Assembly (NCBI GenBank): GCA_965223705.1
Contig: OZ245015.1
Coordinates: forward strand, 3,842,582-3,906,581
Reading direction: 5' to 3'
DNA from: Myxococcota bacterium
GTDB taxonomy: Bacteria; Myxococcota_A; UBA9160; UBA6930
Length of the DNA stretch: 64,000 bases
Position numbers and translations under genes: made by a program. The notes below the pieces were generated by a model, which ran no database searches, was not told where the DNA came from, and worked only from the letters and a program-made list of their open reading frames with translations. Shown piece by piece: positions 35,406-42,904 of the stretch; the stretch's first letter is position 1, and each line of letters opens with the position of its first letter.

Positions 35406-36572
35406 GTGAGGCTTGTGGCCCGGAGGGAACTGATCGTGACACAAGAGCCGCCGTCGAGCGCCCCCGCGCTTCGCGTCCTGCATCTGGTCGGGGGGCGCTC
35501 GGATACCGGCGGCGTCCTGTCCGTCCTCCGAAGCCTGCAGTCCGCCCGAAGCCGTCCTGCCCTCGCCCATGTCGTGTGGGTGGACCGCGGTTTCCGCGAG
35601 ACCCGGGAGCCGTCCCTCGATTACCGCTACGCCCGCTACGGAATCCCTGAAACCGACTCCCATTGGCGACTCGCTCTCCGGGCGATCCCCGCTGTGCTCT
35701 GCTTGCTCTTCCTCCTGCGGCGGGAGTCCTTCGACGTCCTGCACGCCCATTCGAGGGGCACCCTGATCGTCGCCTGGCTCGCCTCGCTCTGGGCCCGCCG
35801 GGACGTGGTCTTCACGAATCACAACTACGCGAAACGCCGCGGGCTCTACCGCTGGTTCGCGCGACGAAAGCGCATCTATTCCGTGGTCCTCACGCCGAAC
35901 ATGGCGCGCTACTACGGCATCGACCCCCGCTCACGTCGGGTCTCCGTGATCTCAGCGTGTTTCGACGACGCGTTCCTCGACCTCGAACTGGTGGAGCCCC
36001 GAGCGGGCCCGCCGAAACTCGTCGGCGTAGGCAGCCTGACGGGCTGGAAGCGCTGGGACCTACTCGTCGAGGCCATCGCAGACCTCGGACCGACGTCTTC
36101 CCTCGAGTTGCACGTCTACGGCCCGGTGTTGCCGTTCGCTGAATCGGAGCGCTTTGCGGCGGATCTCGAGCGACGCGTGGACGAACTCGGTCTCGCCGAA
36201 CGGGTGTTCCTACACGGAGCGGTCGACGACGTTCCGCGGCGGCTTCGCGAAGCCCACTGGTTTGTGCTGCCTTCGCGCAACGAACCCTGTTCCGTCGCGC
36301 TGATGGAAGCACTCGCCTTGGGCCTACCCGCGCTGGTCGCCGACAGCGGGGGAAGCCCCGATCTCGTCGGCCCGCGAAGTGGCGTCGCTTTCAAGACCGA
36401 CGATCGAGCCCATCTGCGGCAGGTCCTGGAAGAGATCGTCAGCGGTCGCGTCTCCCGTGGTACGCCCGCTTCCATTCGGGAGTCCGTCGTAGAACGCTCC
36501 GCGAGTCGAGTCGCCGAAGCGTATGAAGCGCTCTACCGGAAAATTGTGGCCGACCGAGTTGCCGGCTCGTGA
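35406..36572 (+). CDS. Glycosyltransferase family 4
   Basis: LRVLHLVGGRSDTGGV N-terminus. The C-terminal GT4 signature is WFVLPSRNEPCSVALMEALALGLPALVADSGGSPDLV. Confidence 0.8.
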   Translation: MRLVARRELIVTQEPPSSAPALRVLHLVGGRSDTGGVLSVLRSLQSARSRPALAHVVWVDRGFRETREPSLDYRYARYGIPETDSHWRLALRAIPAVLCLLFLLRRESFDVLHAHSRGTLIVAWLASLWARRDVVFTNHNYAKRRGLYRWFARRKRIYSVVLTPNMARYYGIDPRSRRVSVISACFDDAFLDLELVEPRAGPPKLVGVGSLTGWKRWDLLVEAIADLGPTSSLELHVYGPVLPFAESERFAADLERRVDELGLAERVFLHGAVDDVPRRLREAHWFVLPSRNEPCSVALMEALALGLPALVADSGGSPDLVGPRSGVAFKTDDRAHLRQVLEEIVSGRVSRGTPASIRESVVERSASRVAEAYEALYRKIVADRVAGS

Positions 36573-36782
36573 TTGCGGTCACCGATCGACCGCGGCGCTC
36601 CGCGAACGACTCAAGTTCTCCCCGAAAGCGAACGAAACGAGAAATGTCGCGCGGGTGCCGTCCGGCGCCTTGCGAACCCGGTGGAGGTCCTGTGACGCGA
36701 GCGCTCAAACATCACGGTCTGTGGCTGACCCTGGGCTACGTCGCCGTGTTGTTGCTGATGGCGCGCGCCTACGCCTAACGCC

Positions 36783-37226
36783 CTAGGGCAAGGCCTCGAC
36801 TTCGGCGCAGATTTCTCGGGCGTTGAAGAAGTAACCGATTTCGATTCGAGCCGTCTCCGGAGCATCGGAGCCGTGCGATGCATTGCGTTCGATATCGGTG
36901 CCGAGATCTCCGCGAATCGTGCCCTTCGGCGCCTCCGAGGAATTCGTCGGCCCCATCAAGTCACGCCAGCGCGCGATGGCGTTCTCTCCCTCGAGGACGC
37001 TCACGACCACTGGCCCTTCCGTCATGAAGCGAACGAGGTCGGCGAAAAAAGGGCGCTCCTTGTGAACCGCGTAGAAGCCCTGGGCGTCGTCTGGCGTCAT
37101 GTGAATCATCTTGAGCGCCACGATGCGAAGCCCTGACGCTTCGATGCGACGGAGGATTTCACCGGTGTGACCGGCTGCGACGGCATCGGGTTTAACGATC
37201 GAGAGTGTGCGTTCCTGCTTCGCCAT
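36783..37226 (-). CDS. ndk: Nucleoside-diphosphate kinase
   Basis: [16 protein letters not shown]..., [10 protein letters not shown], active-site NASHGSD. I trimmed the start to the ATG at 37226. Confidence 0.95.
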   Translation of the reverse strand: MAKQERTLSIVKPDAVAAGHTGEILRRIEASGLRIVALKMIHMTPDDAQGFYAVHKERPFFADLVRFMTEGPVVVSVLEGENAIARWRDLMGPTNSSEAPKGTIRGDLGTDIERNASHGSDAPETARIEIGYFFNAREICAEVEALP

Positions 37227-37289
37227 GACCACGGCTCCCAACAACTGCGTTTCGGGCGCCGAAACCTAGCCGAGTCGAGAAGTCCGGCG

Positions 37290-38276
37290 CTAGTTCGCTT
37301 CCATGGACAAGACGATTTTTCCGATGTGCTCGCTCGATTTCATGAGGCGGTGCGCTTCAGCCGCGTGCGCCAGGGGAAAAACGCGAAATACCTCGGGGCG
37401 GAGCGCGCCCGAAGCGATGTCGGCGCCGAAGCGATCGAGGAAAGCCTTGACGAGGGAGCGCTTCTCCGCGAGCGGACGGCTCCGGAGCGTCGAACCGAGG
37501 ACCGAGATACGCCGATAGAGGAGCGGTCCGAGGTCGACCTCGGCCTTCGGCCCACCCATCAACCCGATGAGGACCAGTTTCCCGCCGAGACCGAGGGACG
37601 CGACGTTTCGGTCAAAGTAGGGGCCGCCGATCGAATCGAGCACGACATCGACCCCTTGGCCCCCGGTCCATTCGCGGACGGAAATCTCGAACTCCTCGTC
37701 GCGGTAGGGAATGGCCAAGTCGGCGCCGAGTTCGAGGCAGCGAGCGCACTTTTCGGCGCTCCCAGCGGTCACCGCGATCGAGACGCCGACACGTTTCGCC
37801 AAGGCGATCGCCGCAGTCCCGATCCCGCTCGTCCCGCCGTGTACCAGGCAGCGGCCGCCGGGTTGCAACCCGCCGAGCTGGAACAGGTTGAGAAACACCG
37901 TGAGGAAGACCTCGGGCAGCGCGGCGGCCTCGGTATCGCTCATGGCGTCGGGGACCGGGAGCGCGCAGCCGGAATCGACACACACCTCGGCCGCGTACCC
38001 GCCGCCCGCGAGAAGCGCCATCACCCGGTCGCCGGGCGCAAAGGAATCGACGTTCGCGCCGACTTCGACGACGCGTCCCGCGCACTCGAGACCGAGGATC
38101 GACGGTGCTCCCGGCGGCGGTGGGTAGAAACCCTGCCGCTGCAACAGATCGGCCCGGTTTACACCGGCCGCGGCGACGGCGATGCGCAGTTCGGCGTCTC
38201 CTAAAGGCGGCGACGGCACGTCTCGCAGCTCGAGCACGTCTTCCGCGCCCGGTTCTCGCATGTCGATGGCTCGCAC
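37290..38276 (-). CDS. NAD(P)H:quinone oxidoreductase (zeta-crystallin/Qor-type MDR)
   Basis: 328 aa. AAGVNRADLLQRQGFYPPPPG, VHGGTSGIGTAAI, GKIVL tail. Confidence 0.85.
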   Translation of the reverse strand: MRAIDMREPGAEDVLELRDVPSPPLGDAELRIAVAAAGVNRADLLQRQGFYPPPPGAPSILGLECAGRVVEVGANVDSFAPGDRVMALLAGGGYAAEVCVDSGCALPVPDAMSDTEAAALPEVFLTVFLNLFQLGGLQPGGRCLVHGGTSGIGTAAIALAKRVGVSIAVTAGSAEKCARCLELGADLAIPYRDEEFEISVREWTGGQGVDVVLDSIGGPYFDRNVASLGLGGKLVLIGLMGGPKAEVDLGPLLYRRISVLGSTLRSRPLAEKRSLVKAFLDRFGADIASGALRPEVFRVFPLAHAAEAHRLMKSSEHIGKIVLSMEAN

Positions 38277-38333
38277 GAAGGGTGGCTACCACAAGTGAAA
38301 CGCCAACGCGAAGTACCGCGCTAGCCTGGCAAC

Positions 38334-38752
38334 GGAGGTGGACAGGGGATCGCCGGCGAGAATGATTCTCGCGGGAGGAAAGTCCGGGCTCCATGGGTCA
38401 GGGAGGTCGCTAACGGCGACCCGGGGCGACCCGAGGGAAAGTGCCGCAGAAACCACACCGCCGATGGCCGGTGAAACCGCTGGTGCGAGAGGCACCGGCG
38501 GCGGAGGCACAGGTAAGGTTGAAATCGTGGGGTAAGAGCCCACGCGCGACAGCCGGGTGACCGGCGGCGGGGCAAACCCCTCCCGGAGCAAGCTCGAATA
38601 GGGACTGTCTTTCGGTCGACTCAGCCGAGCGGGCGCGAGCCTCGACGGTCCGGGTGAGAGCGCTTGAGCGGCGCAGCAATGCGTCGCCTAGATGAATGAT
38701 CCCCGCCCGCGCCGCGAGGCGATGGGAACAGAACCCGGCTTACCGTCCACCC
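38334..38752 (+). ncRNA. rnpB: RNase P RNA, bacterial type A
   Basis: Universal blocks read directly: GGGAGGAAAGTCCGGGCTCCA (38380s), GAAAGTGCCGCAGAAA..CACCGCCGATGGCC, AGGTAAGGTTGAAA, GGTAAGAGCCCAC, CCCGGAGCAAG..AATAGG, CTAGATGAATGA, ACAGAACCCGGCTTA. The P1 pairing is GGTGGACAGG / CCGTCCACC. The ends are approximate to about 5 nt. Confidence 0.9.
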
Positions 38753-38817
38753 GGCGCGTGGCGTCGGCGTCGGGGCATAAGTGCGAGCAATCGCGCGAAA
38801 AGCCCCGGCGCTCCCCG

Positions 38818-39909
38818 CTATTCCAACCTCGGTGTGAGATCGAGCCAGTAACAGCTGAGCTTTGCGCGGCGGGCGGGGTCGTAGGGCGGACCGTCCGGCG
38901 GCTCCCATTTGCTCGCCGGGATGTGCGCAGCGTCGGTGAGGCGAAAGCCCTGACGACGGAAGAAGCCACCGACCGCGTCGGAGGTCGTGCAGGCGAACAA
39001 GCCGGCGAGTCCCCGGCCGCGCGCTTCCTCCGCGGCGTATGCGACGAGATGCGAGCCGATGCCGGCCCCACCTTGGAAGCGCGTCAATGTGTACAGACCC
39101 GCGATTTCCGCGGCTCTCCCGTCCCCTCGGTCGATGAGGGAGCCGATGCCGGCCAGGTGATGAGCGCCGACGAAGGCGCCGAAGCCCTGGACCAGGAGTT
39201 GATCGCGGGCTCGCGTGTCTCGGGCGACGAGGAAGCCCTCGGCAACGCCCCGTTCGAGTAAATCCGACGCGGCGTCGTAGTCATCGACGCCGAGGGGGCG
39301 CACCGTGACGTAGCGCTCGCGCGTAAAGAGCGTGCCGGAGCCGGCGTAGGTAAAGAGTTCGTCGTCGAGTCCCTCCGCAGTGCAGACATTGACCGCCGGA
39401 ATGCCCTTCGCGAGCCCTTCGGAGATGGCCTGCCACAGCGGTCGTCGCTCGTCCGCCGCCAGCGGGCCGTTCTTCGCCAGCCCCCGCTCGAGCTCTTCGC
39501 CGTCGACAAAAGAGGCCGGCCGACCGTCGCGCCGCAGGCCCCCTTCGCGATCGAGCCAAACCCACTTCCAAACCCCCAACCGGCAGGCCAGTCGGGCCGC
39601 GAGCCGGGCGTGCTCCCCGGGCCCGACCGAGAGTTCGATCTCTGCCCGTCCGCGTGCGGTCAGCTCGCGCCAGACCGCCGCCTCGAGCGCCGGTTGGTCG
39701 GCGGAGAGCCCCGCCCGCTCCAGGCGCAGGACAACGGCTCGCGCCCCTCCCTCGCGCAGCGCTGCGATGGCTCCAGTCGTCTTCTCCTCCCAATCGGGAG
39801 CCTCCCCCGCGAAAGCGATCGTCCGCCCTCGAAACTCCTGGAGGTAGAACGCACGTTCGGAGAACGCTTGGCGGGGCCCCTGGCTCGACATGGCCGGAAT
39901 GTCGCGCAT
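38818..39909 (-). CDS. Amino-acid N-acetyltransferase (ArgA-like: shortened amino-acid-kinase-like domain plus C-terminal GNAT)
   Basis: Collinear with E. coli ArgA as I remember it: FYLQEFRGRTIAFAG vs PYINTHRGKTFVIMLGG; ELFTYAGSGTLFTRE vs ELFSRDGIGTQIVME; LFACTTSDAVGGFFRRQGF vs LFVLTTRSIHWFQERGF. It is 363 aa versus about 440. Confidence 0.7.
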   Translation of the reverse strand: MRDIPAMSSQGPRQAFSERAFYLQEFRGRTIAFAGEAPDWEEKTTGAIAALREGGARAVVLRLERAGLSADQPALEAAVWRELTARGRAEIELSVGPGEHARLAARLACRLGVWKWVWLDREGGLRRDGRPASFVDGEELERGLAKNGPLAADERRPLWQAISEGLAKGIPAVNVCTAEGLDDELFTYAGSGTLFTRERYVTVRPLGVDDYDAASDLLERGVAEGFLVARDTRARDQLLVQGFGAFVGAHHLAGIGSLIDRGDGRAAEIAGLYTLTRFQGGAGIGSHLVAYAAEEARGRGLAGLFACTTSDAVGGFFRRQGFRLTDAAHIPASKWEPPDGPPYDPARRAKLSCYWLDLTPRLE

Positions 39910-40528
39910 CGTCGAAGCCCGCGCCGCGACTGGGGAAGGACGCCGAATCCCCGAGGGGCAACATTTTCTGAGTGGGTGACGAGGCTCATCGCGCGTTTTG
40001 AAAGACCCGCCGTTGCTTTCGAGACGACCGGTTAGTTGGTTTTTTTGCCAGCCGGGCTCTTCGCCGTCGGGACCCGCAAAAAAGGTCTGGAAATTATTGG
40101 GTTTTGGTTAGAAAATGACCCGATCACGTGGAGGCCCCCCGAACCCAAGTGGCGTGAGCAGCGTCTTATTTTCAATCACTGCGCCGGAGTTGCCGGCTCG
40201 TGAACCCTGCTCGCCGCCCTAATCCGGCTCGGTTCTGGTGGTTGTCGTGGCAGGTTCCGCTCACGCGGTGCCGGCGCTGCACGAAGCGTAGGCCGCAGGG
40301 GCGCGCGAGGCGCCCCACGGGGTGAGATCAACGGCCGGGGAACCCGCTGGCTAGAGCTGGCGCGTAAGTCCCCGCCCGCAACATCAAGCGATGACGACCG
40401 CGGTGACTGCGAAAACAGCACTTCGGTAAGGCGAGCGAGCAGCGGAACGAGAAAATGGGACGCCACCAACTGGGTCACGAGACAACAACTCTTGTGAGCT
40501 CGGGGCGCATCCGGAGATAGACGGAACC

Positions 40529-42067
40529 GTGCGGAACGAGCAAGTACAGACCAAAGCTACGGGCGCGTCGACCAAGAGGTCCGGCAGCACCAAGGTCAGT
40601 CGGTCCAAGACCAAGGCCGACTCGACGTCCGCTCCGGTGGGTGTCGAGCCGGCGGGCGCTTCGGCCAAAACAGCGAAAGGTACATCGGTGAAGCTCGAGG
40701 AGAAGTTCAAGGCGTTGACCCGCGAAGGGGCGACCCCCTCTCGCAGTGGCGTCGGGGTCGTTCTCCCTGCGGAAGATTCGGATGCGGCCCGGGAGCGCCG
40801 CCCTCTCGAATCCTATTTCCAGGAAATCGGCGGGACGCGGACCCTCAAGCGGGAAGAAGAAGTCTTTCTCGCGAAGGAGCTCGAAGACGCTACGGCTGCG
40901 CTCCGCGACGCGCTTTACCTGGTCCCCGTCGCCGCGCGACACGTCGTGGCGCGTTGGGACGGGCTGCGCGCCCTCTCCCACACCGGAGCCAAGCTCTCCG
41001 AAGCGGCCGGCGACGAAGACACCGGCGAGGTCGCCGCGCGCGTCGAGCGGGCTGTCCAGCGCACGCGGAAGCACTTGGCGCGGCACGATCGGCTGACGGA
41101 GCAAGGCTCCTCTCGGCAGACCCTGACGCGTATCGAGAAGTCCATCGCGAAAGAGCTCCACAGTGCCCAACTGTCGCTGGCTCTTCTGTCCGAGCTGCGA
41201 CAACGCGTGACCGGACTCGCGCGAAACGTGCGCCGAACACGACGGGGCACGAAGAAGTTGATCGAGTACGAACGAGAAGCGGGTCTCGACAAAGAGCTCT
41301 TCAGCGTTCGCGTGGGCGACGTCGAAGATGCACACGAGCGCATGACGCTCGTCAAGAACCGCTTCATCGAGCACAACCTGAAGCTCGTCGTCGCGATCGC
41401 GAAGGATTACCGGAACCTCGGCCTCTCGTTCCCCGATCTGATCCAAGAGGGCAACCTCGGGCTGATCCGCGCAGTGGAGAAGTTCGATCATCGGCGGGGA
41501 TTCAAGTTCTCGACCTACGCTGTGTGGTGGATCCGCCAGGCGCTGGTGCGGGCGATTCAGAATCACTCGCGAACCATCCGCCTGCCCTCCCACGTGCACG
41601 ACCGCCTTCAGCGGAGCCAACGCGTCAAGGCCGAGCTCACCGGGAAGCTCGGGCGCGAACCCACGCCCGCGGAGCTCGCTCCGGCGCTCGACACCGATCA
41701 GGATTCGCTCGAAGCCCTCGACCGCTTGTCCCGAGAAGCGATCTCCCTCGAGTCCACGGTGGCGGGGACGGAGAAGCGGCTGGAAGATTTCGTCGCGGAT
41801 CCGATCAACATCGCGCCGACCGGCGGAATCGATGACGATCGGATGCGGGTCGGCGTCGGCCACCTCATCGCAAGCTTGTCGGACCGCGAGCAGTTGATCC
41901 TTCGCTTGCGCTACGGCCTCGGTGGCGAAGAAGAGCACACCCTCGAGCAGATCGGGCAGTCGCTCGGCCTGTCGCGCGAACGCGTGCGGCAGCTCGAAGC
42001 TCGGGCGCTGAAAAAGCTCCGCGACACCGCGCCGGCGCAGCGGCTACATCCGATCCTCGATCCCTGA
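40529..42067 (+). CDS. RNA polymerase sigma-70 family factor (group 1/2, RpoD/RpoS-like)
   Basis: Region 1.2 is [24 protein letters not shown]. Region 2 is [56 protein letters not shown]. Region 4.2 is [31 protein letters not shown] start. I cannot tell whether it is the primary sigma factor. Confidence 0.85.
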   Translation: MRNEQVQTKATGASTKRSGSTKVSRSKTKADSTSAPVGVEPAGASAKTAKGTSVKLEEKFKALTREGATPSRSGVGVVLPAEDSDAARERRPLESYFQEIGGTRTLKREEEVFLAKELEDATAALRDALYLVPVAARHVVARWDGLRALSHTGAKLSEAAGDEDTGEVAARVERAVQRTRKHLARHDRLTEQGSSRQTLTRIEKSIAKELHSAQLSLALLSELRQRVTGLARNVRRTRRGTKKLIEYEREAGLDKELFSVRVGDVEDAHERMTLVKNRFIEHNLKLVVAIAKDYRNLGLSFPDLIQEGNLGLIRAVEKFDHRRGFKFSTYAVWWIRQALVRAIQNHSRTIRLPSHVHDRLQRSQRVKAELTGKLGREPTPAELAPALDTDQDSLEALDRLSREAISLESTVAGTEKRLEDFVADPINIAPTGGIDDDRMRVGVGHLIASLSDREQLILRLRYGLGGEEEHTLEQIGQSLGLSRERVRQLEARALKKLRDTAPAQRLHPILDP

Positions 42068-42079
42068 TCGTCGGGCGCG

Positions 42080-42862
42080 CTAGCGCAAGCCGAGCCAGAC
42101 CAGGAACAGCGCCCCGGCGGCCACGTCGTAGTAGGCGAACCGGTGGAATGCGCCTGTCTTGAGCAAGCGTACGAACAGCGTGAGCGCGAGCACCCCGGAG
42201 ACGAGCGCGACGACGACGCCGAGGCCCAGCGTCAGCTGAGTCCGCGCGTCAACCGCACCGAGATCGCCGATCGAAAGAAGCGCCGCTCCCCCGATCGCAG
42301 CGACGGACAAGAGGAACGAGAACTCCGCCGCCGACTCGGAACGGACGCCGAGTGCCAGTGCCGCGGCGACGGTCGCGCCGCTCCGAGAAATGCCGGGCAC
42401 GATCGCGGCCGCCTGTGCGCAGCCGATCAACACGGCAGCGAGCCAGCTCGGCTCGCCTGCGGAAGCCTTGGGGAGGGTGTAACGCGTCGTCCACAAGAAG
42501 GCGGCCGTTACGAGCAGCGCGACTCCGGCGACCCAGGGCGTACCGAAGAGCCCTTCGAGAAAATCCCGAAACAGGAGCACGACCAACACGGCGGGCACGG
42601 TGCCGGCGGCGAGCTTCCCGAGGTAGATCCAGACGGAGAACTCCCGGCGGATCGCGCCTTCGAGTAGTCCCCAGATGCGGGCGCGGTAGAACCAGAGCAC
42701 CGCGGCGAGCGTGCCCACGTGGAGAGCGACTTCGAAGAGGACCCCGCCCTCTTCGACCCCGAGGACTTCCTGGGCCATCACCAGGTGCCCGGAGCTCGAG
42801 ATCGGAAGAAATTCCGAGAGCCCTTGGACGAGCCCCAGCAGCAGGGCGGTCAGGACGTCCAT
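42080..42862 (-). CDS. uppP: Undecaprenyl-diphosphate phosphatase
   Basis: LGLVQGLSEFLPISSSGHL and PGISRSGATV motifs; 260 aa polytopic. Confidence 0.9.
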   Translation of the reverse strand: MDVLTALLLGLVQGLSEFLPISSSGHLVMAQEVLGVEEGGVLFEVALHVGTLAAVLWFYRARIWGLLEGAIRREFSVWIYLGKLAAGTVPAVLVVLLFRDFLEGLFGTPWVAGVALLVTAAFLWTTRYTLPKASAGEPSWLAAVLIGCAQAAAIVPGISRSGATVAAALALGVRSESAAEFSFLLSVAAIGGAALLSIGDLGAVDARTQLTLGLGVVVALVSGVLALTLFVRLLKTGAFHRFAYYDVAAGALFLVWLGLR

Positions 42863-42904
42863 GTACGTGTCTCCCCCGAGAACGACTCGCCTGGGAGTCG
42901 CTCG

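Noticed and set aside
39910-40528. tRNA, tmRNA, SRP RNA or 6S RNA in the large gap upstream of the sigma gene
   Set aside because: I found no GGTTCGAATCC-type T-loop with an acceptor stem, no tmRNA 5' GGGG.. or 3' ..CCACCA tRNA-like end, and no SRP GGAAGCAGCC-type domain IV motif. 6S RNA cannot be recognised by eye. The region is kept only as an unexplained structured region.
40475-41938. 487-aa ORF antisense to the sigma factor gene
   Set aside because: It lies opposite a gene with unmistakable sigma-70 regions 2 and 4. It is a GC-rich shadow frame.
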